Translations under genes and position numbers: made by a program
The notes under the pieces: generated by a model
What the model saw: the letters and a program-made list of their open reading frames with translations, nothing else
What the model was told of the DNA's origin: nothing
Database searches by the model: none
In this document: positions 38,356 to 48,496 of the stretch, piece after piece
Position numbering within the stretch: position 1 is the first letter of the stretch
Layout of the letters: each line of letters begins with the position of its first letter
Assembly: GCA_963665615.2 (NCBI GenBank)
Contig: CAXXQE010000008.1
Span: 434,001 to 498,000, forward strand
Source of the DNA: Syntrophales bacterium
Lineage (GTDB): Bacteria; Desulfobacterota; Syntrophia; Syntrophales; UBA4778
Length of the DNA: 64,000 bases
Direction: 5' to 3'

Positions 38356-41006
38356 ATGAACAGGTCGCAATGGCATCAGAAGCGCGGTGAGGACGTCCTG
38401 GCAGAGGTTGGTTCCTCGACAACAGGTCTTTCAACGCAGGAGGCGATCCGTCGCCTTCATCAGTTCGGTCCGAACGAACTGGTGGAAAAAAAGAAGAAGA
38501 CCCCGCTGATCATGTTTCTAAATCAGTTTCGCGATTTCATGATCATCGTGCTGATCGCGGCGGGCATCATCTCCGGCGCGATCGGAGAATTTTCAGATTC
38601 GGTCGCGATTCTCGTGATCGTCTTTCTCAATGCCATCATTGGTTTCGTACAGGAATTTCGCGCGGAAAAAGCCATGGAGGCCTTGAAGAAGATGTCGAGC
38701 CCGATGGCTGTGGCATTGCGCGACGGCGTTCCAACGATGGTTCCATCGGCCCGGCTCGTACCCGGCGATATCGTCTCGATCGATGCCGGAAAAGTCGTTC
38801 CCGCCGATATCCGCCTTTTGGAAGTCGCCCAGTTTCAGGTAGCGGAGGCGGCCCTGACCGGGGAGTCTCTCCCCGTCGAAAAACACGTCGATGTGCTGTT
38901 CGATGCAGCCCTGCCTCTCGGCGACCGCAGAAATATGTCCTATACGGGTACGCTGGTGACCTGTGGCCGAGCCCTCGGGGTTGTGACGGAAACGGGGATG
39001 AAGACCGAGCTGGGAAAGATCGCCAACATGCTGCAGGAAGCCGATGAAATCAAAACACCGCTGCAGAAGCGACTGGCGGTTTTCGGCAAGCGGCTGGCCA
39101 TTGCGGTTTTGGCGATCTGTATGGTGGTTTTCACGGTCGGCGTCATCCGGGGAGAGGACCCGCTGGTGATGCTGCTGACGGCCATTTCACTTGCGGTGGC
39201 TGCGATCCCGGAGGCCCTTCCGGCGGTCATTACCATTTCGCTGGCGCTGGGCGCCAGGAAACTCGTGCTTCAGAATGCGCTGATCCGTAAGCTTCCCGCA
39301 GTCGAAACCTTGGGATCGGTCACTTATATCTGTTCCGATAAAACAGGCACACTGACACTCAACAGGATGCGCGTCAGCAGGGTCTTTCTGGACGGCCGCT
39401 TCCTTGAAATAGACAATTCCAACGCAGTAGCGGTGGGCCTTCGCGCCGCTTTCCTGACGGGCCTTGCCCTGAGCAACGATGTCCATCGCGATGCGGACAA
39501 CCGGCTTATCGGCGATCCGACGGAAACGGCGCTTTACGATTATGCCCGCGAGGGCGGTTTCGACAAGGCGGCATTGGCGGCCGCCTGGCCGAATGGCCCT
39601 TCGATGCAGAGCGGAAGTGTATGACGACATTTCATCGGCGGGGCGCTGGCCGTTCGGGCGTCGTTTCTTTCACCAAGGGCGCGCCGGATGTCCTGATTCC
39701 CCGGTGTACCGGCGTTATGGCCTCCGAAGGGATAACGCCGATCGATGCGAAGCGAATCAACGACATCAACGACGCGATGGCCGCAGACGGCATGCGGGTG
39801 CTGTGCCTCTGCATGAAGACATGGGAGCGCCCGCCGGTGACGATCGACGCGCAGAAAGCAGAATCGGAATTGATCCTGGTAGGATTGCTCGGGTTAAGGG
39901 ACGCACCTCGAGATGAGGCGCGCGACGCCGTAACGCTGTGTCGAGAGGCAGGTATTACCCCGGTCATGATTACAGGGGATCATTCCCTGACGGCCGCGGC
40001 GATCGCCCGCAACCTCGGTATCCTGGAGGACGGCGTCCATACCGTCATCACCCGCCGTGAGCTGGAGGCCCTGTCGATGGAGGAGTTCGAGGATCGGGTC
40101 GAGCACATCCGTGTTTACGCCCGGGTGGCGCCGGAACAGAAGCTGCGGATCGTCAAGGCCCTTCAGGGCAAGGGGCAGTTTGTCGCCATGACGGGAGATG
40201 GCGTCAATGACGCGCCCGCCCTGAAGGCTGCGGATATCGGCATTGCGATGGGGATTACGGGGACGGATGTCTCGAAGGAGGCCGCCCACATGATCCTCAT
40301 GGACGACAACTTTGCGACCATCGTGAAAGCCGCTCGGGCAGGACGACACATTTATGACAACATCCGGCGGTTCATCAAGTACGCGATGAGCAGCAATTCC
40401 GGCGAGATCTGGACGATCTTTCTGGCGCCCTTCTTCGGATTGCCGATCCCCTTGCTGCCGATCCACATCCTCTGGATCAATCTGCTGACGGACGGTCTGC
40501 CCGGCCTCGCCCTGGCGTCAGAGCCTGCCGAGAAGGGGATCATGCAGAGGCCGCCCCGCCACCCGAAGGAAAGCATCTTTGCGCACGGGATGGCCGTTCA
40601 CATCGTCTGGGTGGGACTCCTCATGGGATTCATCTGCATCGCCACCCAAGCCTGGGCCATCCGGGTGGGTAATGCGCACTGGCAGACGATGGTGTTCACG
40701 GTTTTGTGCCTGAGTCAGATGGGAAACGTGCTGGCTGTCCGGTCAGAGACGGAATCGCTCTTTCGTCAGGGGCTGTTTTCAAACAAACCCCTTCTGGCTG
40801 CGGTGGCCTTGACCTTCGGGCTTCAACTGGCAACAATTTTTGTGCCGATTCTCAATCCGATCTTCCGGACCCAACCGCTGACGCTACCGGAGTTGTCTCT
40901 GACCTTGCTTGCCTCCGCTGCGGTCTTTTTGGCCGTCGAGATCGAGAAGGCTGTGAAGCGATTCCGGACAAAGAGACAGGCCCAGCCTGTTTTTTCGGTT
41001 CTTTAA
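38356..41006 (+). pseudogene. P-type IIA (Ca2+-like) cation-transporting ATPase split by a frameshift near 39590
   Basis: TGES, IPEAL and DKTGT in ORF1; KGAP, TGDH, TGDGVND and WINLLTD in ORF2; PFDAERKC lies in the ORF2 frame upstream of its ATG. Confidence 0.85.
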
Positions 41007-41082
41007 GAATCAGGCTGGAGCGCATCACGCGGCGTCGTGTGATCGAGGAGAATCGTTCGAACAGTCCACCGCAGAAACGATC

Positions 41083-41124
41083 ATTCGGCATCTCCGCTGA
41101 CGATCATCAGCGGAGATGCCGAAT
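41083..41124. terminator. Perfect 18-bp hairpin between convergent genes
   Basis: ATTCGGCATCTCCGCTGA-CGATCA-TCAGCGGAGATGCCGAAT; no T tract. Confidence 0.55.
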
Positions 41125-41153
41125 ATGGAAGCATTTGAAAGACCTGGTTCATG

Positions 41154-42581
41154 CTACTGTAGCAGCGGTTGTATGTACGGAATTGTTTTCGCCAAAGCCC
41201 ATACCAGGATCAGAACGATCGGAACGTGGAAAATAAGTTGAAGAATCGAGTAGCCTGCCAGGTCCCTTGCTTTGACCCCCGTTAAACCGAGGAGGGGCAG
41301 CATCCAGAACGGATTGATGAAATTGGGCAGGGCCTCTGCCGCGTTATAGATCTGAACGACCCATCCGAGATTGACTTGAAGCTGCTTGGCTGCGTCAAGC
41401 AGGTAGGGCGCCTCGACAATCCACTTGCCTCCGCCCGAAGGCAGGAAAAGGCCGAGAATCGCCGAATAGACGCCGACGATCACCGGCAGGGTTCCGTGCG
41501 TCGAAATGGATACGAAGAGGCGCGACAGAACCTCCGTCAGCCCCGACCCCATCAGCACCCCGAATATTCCGGAGTATAGCGGAAACTGAAGCAGCACGCC
41601 GCCCGTCATGGGAACGGCTTTGGATGCGGCCTTCAAATATGATTTCGGCTTCCAGTGCAGGAGCATGCCCGCCATGAGAAACATGAGATTGTAGGTGTTG
41701 AGATCCATGGCCGCCAGGCCGCCTTTGTTTTTAAAGGTATCAACGAGAAAAATAGCGCCCAGACAGACGATGACGATCGTCAGGATCGGGCTGTATTCCA
41801 GGTATTCGCCCGGCGTCTGCGCCTTCTGCTCCGCCTCCTCCGTTTCATCGGCATAGCGGATGCCTGCCATCTTGGCGGTCTTGGCCCTGGCTGCGGACGG
41901 GCACGAGGCGTAACAGATCCAGACGGACACAACGATGAGAACGACAATCATAATCAGGTTTTGCCAGGTAAGAAGGGTCTGAAGCAGCGGGATCGTTCCG
42001 CTGATTTTATAGAGATCCGGCGGAATGGAGCCCTTGGTGGCCATGAGGAGCGCCGCGGAGGACGAAAATCCCAAGGCCCAGATGCTGCCCAGTCCAAGAT
42101 AAGCGGCGGCGCCGATGGCGCGGTAATCGACCCCCTCGACACGTTTGCTGACCTCCCGGGTCAGGACCCCGGCGAAGATGAGACTGAACCCCCAGCTTAA
42201 CAACGAGGCGACCATCGCCATGAAGGCGACATAGGCAACGGCGGCCTTGGGGGTTTTGGGGAAAGCGGCCAGTGAGGCGATCAGTCGCTTGACAGGCGGG
42301 GAGACGGCGACGATGTAGCCGCCGATAATGACAAAGGTCATCTGCATGGTAAAGGGGATCAGTCCCCAGAAGCCCTTTCCGAAATCCTGACCGATTTGCA
42401 GTGGCGTTCGACCGGCTAGGAGGGCGGCCACGCAGACCACCGCTACTGCAATAGCGGCAAAGATATATGCATCGGGAAACCATCGTTCAGACCAATCGGC
42501 GAGACGTGCCCCGAGCCGAGCCAATATTCCCATATTACTGTTTCCTGCATCATTATTCCTGTCCGACTTGCTTGTCTGCAT
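41154..42581 (-). CDS. Short-chain fatty acid transporter (AtoE/TIGR00366 family)
   Basis: FPDAYIFA, FTMQM, QFPLYSGI, PSGGG, NFINPFWMLP. Confidence 0.9.
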   Translation of the reverse strand: MQTSKSDRNNDAGNSNMGILARLGARLADWSERWFPDAYIFAAIAVAVVCVAALLAGRTPLQIGQDFGKGFWGLIPFTMQMTFVIIGGYIVAVSPPVKRLIASLAAFPKTPKAAVAYVAFMAMVASLLSWGFSLIFAGVLTREVSKRVEGVDYRAIGAAAYLGLGSIWALGFSSSAALLMATKGSIPPDLYKISGTIPLLQTLLTWQNLIMIVVLIVVSVWICYASCPSAARAKTAKMAGIRYADETEEAEQKAQTPGEYLEYSPILTIVIVCLGAIFLVDTFKNKGGLAAMDLNTYNLMFLMAGMLLHWKPKSYLKAASKAVPMTGGVLLQFPLYSGIFGVLMGSGLTEVLSRLFVSISTHGTLPVIVGVYSAILGLFLPSGGGKWIVEAPYLLDAAKQLQVNLGWVVQIYNAAEALPNFINPFWMLPLLGLTGVKARDLAGYSILQLIFHVPIVLILVWALAKTIPYIQPLLQ

Positions 42582-42648
42582 ATCAACTCCTTATGAAGAA
42601 CCGCTGTTGTGGGCTGATCGGGGCATGATGAGTCCCCGTCAGACGCCG

Positions 42649-43434
42649 TTATATGTATAACTCGCCGCGGGCATAGAGGACGGCTTGCCCGGCGATGCAA
42701 ACGCGCTCTCCCATGTTTTCGCAAAAGAGCTCTCCCCCGCGTTTCGACAGTTGCAAGGCGTGGAGTTGACTCTTCTGCAGGCGTCTGGACCAATAGGGAA
42801 TCAGCGTGCTGTGCGCCGAACCCGTAACGGGATCCTCGTTGACGCCCACATTGGGGGCGAAGAAGCGCGAGACGAAATCGACCGTGTCGCCTCGCGCGGT
42901 GACGATGATACCCAGGACGTCGCCGAGTTGCCGCAGCAATGCGAAGTCGGGCGCCATGGTCCGGACGGCTTCTTCGTCGGGGAACACCGCGACCAGATCC
43001 CGGGAGGTCAGCACTTCTAATGGCCAGGCCCCGAGGGCCTCCGCCAGGATCTCAGGCGTGGCAATGGGTACCGGGGGACGCGCGGGGAAGTCCATGGCCA
43101 GCCGGTCGCCAGACCGGGTCACGGTCAGCAGGCCGCTCGCCGTCTCAAAATCGACTGATATCAGCGTCGGGTCAATAAACGAGAACAGGACGAAGGCGCT
43201 GGCAAGGGTAGCATGGCCGCAGAGATCGACCTCGACTTCTGGAGTGAACCACCGCAGGGCATAGCGACCCTTTGCCATCGGGACGAGGAAGGCGGTCTCT
43301 GAGAGATTGTTTTCGGCGGCGATCCGCTGCATGAAATCGTCGGAAGGCCATGTCGTCAGCGGGCAGACGGCGGCGGGGTTGCCGCCGAAGAGTTGTCCGG
43401 TAAAGGCGTCCACCTGGTAAAAAGGAATCGTCAC
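42649..43434 (-). CDS. PhzF family isomerase
   Basis: VDAFT..GNPAAV, NLSETAF, LCGHAT, EDPVTGSAH. Confidence 0.95.
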   Translation of the reverse strand: MTIPFYQVDAFTGQLFGGNPAAVCPLTTWPSDDFMQRIAAENNLSETAFLVPMAKGRYALRWFTPEVEVDLCGHATLASAFVLFSFIDPTLISVDFETASGLLTVTRSGDRLAMDFPARPPVPIATPEILAEALGAWPLEVLTSRDLVAVFPDEEAVRTMAPDFALLRQLGDVLGIIVTARGDTVDFVSRFFAPNVGVNEDPVTGSAHSTLIPYWSRRLQKSQLHALQLSKRGGELFCENMGERVCIAGQAVLYARGELYI

Positions 43435-43435
43435 C

Positions 43436-45010
43436 TTATATCACCTCGCAGCCGCGGTAGCGCGAGGCCAAATCCTCGGGAAGTCCTTCCCGGTCAAGCT
43501 CGACGGCGAGGGGCAGGTGCTCCAGGATATCCTGCGCAGAGATCCCGTCTTCACCAAGATTGCGGGCAGCGAGGTCTCCCGCGACGCCGTGGAGGAACAC
43601 GCCCTTGCAGACGGCCTCGGGAATCGGCAGGCCCAGGCCGTGCATGGCCGCGATCACGCCGTTCAACACATCCCCTGTCCCGGCTTTGGCCATGCCCGGA
43701 TTGCCGCTCAGGTTGACGTAGACCCGTCCGTCGGGATAACCGATCAGGGAGTGCGCGCCCTTCAAAACAATGACGGCCTTGAAGGCTTGCGCGGCCTCTT
43801 TCAGCGTTCCGATGCGGTCCTTCGCGATATCGGCGATGCCTTTCTTCACCAGGCGCGCCATCTCGCCGGCATGCGGGGTGAGTATGGTCGGCGCCTTCCT
43901 GGTGGCAAGGGACTCCGGTGCGGCGGCAATCGCGGTGAGGCCGTCGCCGTCGATGAGCAAAGGCCGGTCACATTCGGCGGCGACGTCCCGCACGAGTTGC
44001 TGCGTCTCGGCGTTGAGCGCGAGGCCCGGCCCGATCACGACCAGATCGCGATCGGCGGCGGTCTTGAGCAGATCGGCTTTGTTGGAGAGCGCCAGCGTGC
44101 CCTCCGGCGTTTCGGTCTGCGGCAGCAGGACAAGTTCACTGCCCTTCATGGCGATGTAAGGTGCAATGGCGGCGGGGGCGGCCAGACGCGAATACCCTCC
44201 GCCCGCTTTGAGAAAAGAGTAAGCGGAAAAATACGGTGCGCCGAGATAGCCCGCGGCGCCGGCAATGAAGAGCACATCCCCGAAGCTCCCCTTGTGTCCC
44301 GTTTTGTCGCGAGGCGGAAGCGACGGCGGCAGGTTGACGGCGGTCGTGATGCTGTCGCGATCATAGTGCTGCGGTGGAAACGAAATGTGGGTAACGTAGA
44401 GCTTTCCGCAACGGGCGTATCCGGGATAAAGCAAGTTGCCGATCTTGGGCAGTCCGAACGTTATGGTGGTGTCGGCCTGAACGGCACACCCCATTTCCTC
44501 CCCTGTGTCGCCATGGATACCGGAGGGAATGTCGAGGCTGTATACCTTGCGCGCGCGTGTGTTGATGAGGCCGATGATGTCCCTCGCGAGTCCTTCGACC
44601 GGCCGACTGAGTCCCGTACCGAAGATCGCATCGATCACGGCGTCGCACTGCGCTGTCGGTGCCAGCGCCGGTTCCGGCGAGGTCAATTCCGTGATCGGAA
44701 CGGAAAGTCTGGTCAGGATGTCGAGATTTTTTTTGGCCGCTCCCCTGAATTGGCCGGGGGTGGCAAGCAAAAAGACAACGACCTCTGCGCCGCTCGAGCG
44801 GAGCTTGCGTGCGACGACGAATCCATCCCCGCCGTTGTTGCCGGGACCGCAGAAGAGGACGAAGCGTTTTCCAGCGACACCCGTCTCTTTGAGAACGATG
44901 AAGTAGGCCGCCTCGCCTGCATTTTCCATGAGGATCGTTTCGGGGATTCCCAGGTTTTCAGAGGCCTCGCAGTCGAGGGTTCTCATCTGCGCAACGGTGC
45001 TGATCTTCAT
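43436..45010 (-). CDS. nnr: Bifunctional NAD(P)H-hydrate epimerase/dehydratase
   Basis: LMENAG, GNNGGDG, DIPSG, HKGSFG, LTPHAGE, GTGDVL. Confidence 0.95.
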   Translation of the reverse strand: MKISTVAQMRTLDCEASENLGIPETILMENAGEAAYFIVLKETGVAGKRFVLFCGPGNNGGDGFVVARKLRSSGAEVVVFLLATPGQFRGAAKKNLDILTRLSVPITELTSPEPALAPTAQCDAVIDAIFGTGLSRPVEGLARDIIGLINTRARKVYSLDIPSGIHGDTGEEMGCAVQADTTITFGLPKIGNLLYPGYARCGKLYVTHISFPPQHYDRDSITTAVNLPPSLPPRDKTGHKGSFGDVLFIAGAAGYLGAPYFSAYSFLKAGGGYSRLAAPAAIAPYIAMKGSELVLLPQTETPEGTLALSNKADLLKTAADRDLVVIGPGLALNAETQQLVRDVAAECDRPLLIDGDGLTAIAAAPESLATRKAPTILTPHAGEMARLVKKGIADIAKDRIGTLKEAAQAFKAVIVLKGAHSLIGYPDGRVYVNLSGNPGMAKAGTGDVLNGVIAAMHGLGLPIPEAVCKGVFLHGVAGDLAARNLGEDGISAQDILEHLPLAVELDREGLPEDLASRYRGCEVI

Positions 45011-45567
45011 AGGTTGCTCCTTTCCGCTGTCTGCTGACCGGTGGGCGCAAGCCGGTGTTTGTGGACGAAGTACCGGATGGAGTCGTTCTTTTGCATCGCC
45101 GTCTCCAAGGAATACAGCTTCAGAATCTCCATCATGAAATCGATGCGGGAGGTGAATTTTTCCGGCATGAGCGCCGCAAACATTTCTTTCGTAACGTTGT
45201 CGGTCTTCTCAAGGTCCGGCAGGCTGAGGTTATCGGCACTCTGACGGTCGAGCCCTGCGAGATACCAGCTTTCGATTTCCCGGATGACGACGCGGATACG
45301 CGCGTCGTCGAGAGAATGGATCCGCTGCCGGACATAGAACTTTTTTGCCGTTACGCAGGGCTCCTCGTCGATATCGGCCACCACGATGTAATCCCCTTCC
45401 ATGGCCTCGATGCCCTGGAGGATCTGCTGAAACTTGACGCGCTTGAGGTTGGCGTAAGCGCGAATTTCCACGCGCCGGTAGAATTGACGGAACAGGGGCT
45501 TGAGGACAGCTTCAAAAAACCGGGCATCGCTGCCGCCTTCAACCCAGATGAAGAGAAGACCCGTCAT
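45007..45567 (-). CDS. TOPRIM-fold putative nuclease (DUF4276-like)
   Basis: WVEGGSD, ADID, EIESWYL; ATGA overlap with the upstream ATPase. Confidence 0.65.
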   Translation of the reverse strand: MTGLLFIWVEGGSDARFFEAVLKPLFRQFYRRVEIRAYANLKRVKFQQILQGIEAMEGDYIVVADIDEEPCVTAKKFYVRQRIHSLDDARIRVVIREIESWYLAGLDRQSADNLSLPDLEKTDNVTKEMFAALMPEKFTSRIDFMMEILKLYSLETAMQKNDSIRYFVHKHRLAPTGQQTAERSNL

Positions 45568-46802
45568 GTCAACCCCAGCAGATTCTGCGCGAAGAGATCC
45601 TCGATACCGAGCTCGTTCTTCAGCAGAATGCGTGTGGCTTCCTGATCGAGGGGTCGGCAGATGGTAGAGAACCCGTTGGGGTCGCGTGACGAAAACCAGA
45701 TGTTATCGATATCCGCGAGCCGCACCATATCCGGATGATGGGTCGTCAGAAAGATCTGCCGATGCTCGGCGACCTCCTTCATCATCGAAACCACCTTGTT
45801 GATCAGATGCGGATGGATGCTGCGCTCCGGCTCCTCAATGATCATCAAGCCGCTTTTTTCGAAATAGAGGGCGACGATCAGGGCAATGATATTGAGTGTT
45901 CCGTCGGAGATGAAGGATGAGGGCAGATACGCATCGCCGGAGTAGTGATCCTTGATTTTGAAGAAGATCGATTTGTCTATCTTTTCCGTGCCGATGTCGT
46001 CAATGAAGGGCATGATGTCCTTCAGAAGGTTGCCGAACTTCCTTTTGCTCTCCCGGTTCTCCAGGATGCGCTTGATGGCGATGGCGAGGTTGCTGCCATC
46101 CTCTTCCAGATCCGCCTTGCCGGTGATAGGCGCAGAATGCCTCGGGCGGCGCGGATCGAAGTCATAGATGGCGATCCGCGCGAAGGGATTGCTGAACCGG
46201 TGCACCAGACTGAAGACAGGGGCCTCCATGAGCAGCGATTTTTCCTCCAGGCGTTCTTCCTGCAGAAAGGCGGGCATAACGTCCTGGGCCTTCACGGGGC
46301 TGTCGGGGGGCAGTGTCAGTTCGAAATGGATATGGCCGCCCTCGCTCGACAGAAGTCCGTCACCCAGGACGGTCTGTACGCCGTCCCCGTTCGTGTGCTC
46401 TGCCATCTCGAATTTCAGTTCGAGGCGATCGCTGAGAATGCGCAGATCATCTCCGTTGGGAAACTGGAAACTGAAGGCATAGTCGGCCCTGATGCAGCGG
46501 AGATGGAAGGGACGGTGCCCGATCGTCCGGCACAGGGAAAGGCACGGATTATAGACGACGCGAATCCCGCAGGGTTCGCTGAGCGGCAAATGGGTGTTTC
46601 GGAGATACTCCGGGCCGCCCTGCAGCGACACCGCATTGATCAGGCCATGTTTGGCTATATCCCGCAGGAAGCGGAAGGCCTGGATGAAATTGGTCTTGCC
46701 GGAGGCATTGCTGCCAATCAGGACATTGAGCTGACCCAGGTTCTGGACTTTCACGTATTTAAAACTCTTGAAATTGGAGATTGCAATGGATTCGATCCGC
46801 AT
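45564..46802 (-). CDS. ABC-type (AAA_15/AAA_21) ATPase
   Basis: ISNFKSF, GSNASGKT (Walker A), ISDGT, IIEEPE..IHP, LTTH. Confidence 0.88.
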   Translation of the reverse strand: MRIESIAISNFKSFKYVKVQNLGQLNVLIGSNASGKTNFIQAFRFLRDIAKHGLINAVSLQGGPEYLRNTHLPLSEPCGIRVVYNPCLSLCRTIGHRPFHLRCIRADYAFSFQFPNGDDLRILSDRLELKFEMAEHTNGDGVQTVLGDGLLSSEGGHIHFELTLPPDSPVKAQDVMPAFLQEERLEEKSLLMEAPVFSLVHRFSNPFARIAIYDFDPRRPRHSAPITGKADLEEDGSNLAIAIKRILENRESKRKFGNLLKDIMPFIDDIGTEKIDKSIFFKIKDHYSGDAYLPSSFISDGTLNIIALIVALYFEKSGLMIIEEPERSIHPHLINKVVSMMKEVAEHRQIFLTTHHPDMVRLADIDNIWFSSRDPNGFSTICRPLDQEATRILLKNELGIEDLFAQNLLGLT

Positions 46803-46806
46803 GAGG

Positions 46807-47148
46807 TTACGCCTCCCGCCGGATGGTTTCGGAGAGCCAGGTCAGATAGGTGTTGCTGCCAGCAGTAATCGGGACAGCTATAATTTCAGGGGTTTCATAG
46901 GGGTGAAGCTCTTCAAGCGCTCGCTCCAGATCGGGATAACACGTTACTGTGGTTTTGATCAGGCAGAGCCACTCCTCCGCGGTCTCAACCCAGCCCTGCC
47001 AGTGATAGGTGCTTTCAATCGGGCCCATAATCTGGACACAGCCGGCGAGCTTCTTTTCGATGAGTTCCAAGGCGATGCGGTCGGCATCCTCTTTGGTTTC
47101 GAAGGTCGTGGAGACTTGCAGAAAGGTGTCATTCATTTCCGTCACCAT
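46807..47148 (-). CDS. cutA: Divalent-cation tolerance protein CutA
   Basis: LAGCVQ, STYHWQG, LIKT, HPYETPEII. Confidence 0.93.
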   Translation of the reverse strand: MVTEMNDTFLQVSTTFETKEDADRIALELIEKKLAGCVQIMGPIESTYHWQGWVETAEEWLCLIKTTVTCYPDLERALEELHPYETPEIIAVPITAGSNTYLTWLSETIRREA

Positions 47149-47155
47149 CGTGGGA

Positions 47156-48493
47156 TCACAATTTTTTCAGCAGCAGCCGGGAGACGATGTGGATCAGATC
47201 CCAGGCGCCGCCAAAGGGTGGAGCGTAGCCGAAATCCATGGAGGCGAGATCGTCCAGCCGCGCCTCATACCACAGGGTGGCCGACAGGACATCGATCTTC
47301 TGAACCGCGCCGCGCCTGCCGACGGCCTGGGCCCCCAGAAGCATCCCGGTGGATTGATCGGCAATGAGCTTCAGGCCTGTTTCGATATCTTCCTTTTGTC
47401 GCATGGACGGCGCCGTCGGGGGCGCCCATGCCGTGGCGCTGACGGGATGAAACCCGTAACGGACGGCCTCTTGCTCGCCGAGACCGGTCGCGGCGAGTTC
47501 CAGATCGAAGAATTTGAACGACTGCGCCCCGACGATGCCCGGCATGACGGCAGGGCGGCCGCCGATGACCTGCCCCGCGACGCGTCCCTGCTTGTTGGCG
47601 ATATCTCCCAGCGGGACGTTCACCCAGCGTCTGGCGACGCGGTGATAGACCTCCGTGCAGTCGCCGGTGGCGTAAACATTCGCAACGGAGGTCTGCTGGC
47701 TCAGGTTGACGCGGATGGCGCCGCTGTCGCCGAGTTGAAGCCCCATTGCTTTCGCGAGGGTCACGTTGGGCCGGATACCGATGGCAATGACGACGAGATC
47801 GGTTTCGATCTCCCCCTGGTTGGTGGTCAGGCGAAGGGACCGGTCGGCGTTTTGGTCGATCCGGCTGATCGTCGTCTTCGGCATGAAGAGGACGCCCCTT
47901 TCAGCGAAGGTGCTCATCAGACGTTCCGTGAACTCCACGCCCCAGCGCGTTACAGGACGTTCGTCCCGATGCGCGATACGGACGTCCAAGCCGAAACCGG
48001 TCAGGGCGTCGCTCATTTCCATGGCGATGAATCCGGCGCCGATAATGACGGCGCGTCGGCAACCGCTCTGGACAAGCGCCTTTATGGCGATGGCTTCCTC
48101 GAGCGAACGCAACGTATAGACGCGGTCGAGGTCCTGGCCGGGGATGCCTGGCAGGATCGGCGATGCGCCGGTGGCCACAAGCAGTCGATCATAGACAATC
48201 TCCGGGCCGTCAGAGAGATAGACGCGCCGCTGGTCCGTATCCACGCGTTCCACGCGGGTTTTGAGCAGGACATCGACGCCGGATTCGCGAAAGGCTTCCG
48301 GTGTGCGCGCGATCAGCTTGTGCTCTTGTTTGATGGTGTCCCCGACAAAATAGGGCATCGGGCAGGCGGCGACGGAGACGTGTTTGCCCTGCTCGATCAT
48401 GGTGATCTGGAGATCGGGATCGATGCGCTTGGCTTCAGCTGCGGTGGAGGCCCCTCCGGCCCCCCCTCCGATAATGACCAGGTGACGACGCAT
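47156..48493 (-). CDS. CoA-disulfide reductase/NADH oxidase family flavoprotein
   Basis: GGGAGG, AACPMPY, ATGA, GAGFI, ANKQGR, YAPPF. Confidence 0.88.
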   Translation of the reverse strand: MRRHLVIIGGGAGGASTAAEAKRIDPDLQITMIEQGKHVSVAACPMPYFVGDTIKQEHKLIARTPEAFRESGVDVLLKTRVERVDTDQRRVYLSDGPEIVYDRLLVATGASPILPGIPGQDLDRVYTLRSLEEAIAIKALVQSGCRRAVIIGAGFIAMEMSDALTGFGLDVRIAHRDERPVTRWGVEFTERLMSTFAERGVLFMPKTTISRIDQNADRSLRLTTNQGEIETDLVVIAIGIRPNVTLAKAMGLQLGDSGAIRVNLSQQTSVANVYATGDCTEVYHRVARRWVNVPLGDIANKQGRVAGQVIGGRPAVMPGIVGAQSFKFFDLELAATGLGEQEAVRYGFHPVSATAWAPPTAPSMRQKEDIETGLKLIADQSTGMLLGAQAVGRRGAVQKIDVLSATLWYEARLDDLASMDFGYAPPFGGAWDLIHIVSRLLLKKL

Positions 48494-48496
48494 GGC

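Noticed and set aside
43517..45037. 506-aa plus-strand ORF
   Set aside because: Antisense shadow of nnr in GC-rich DNA; no recognisable motifs.
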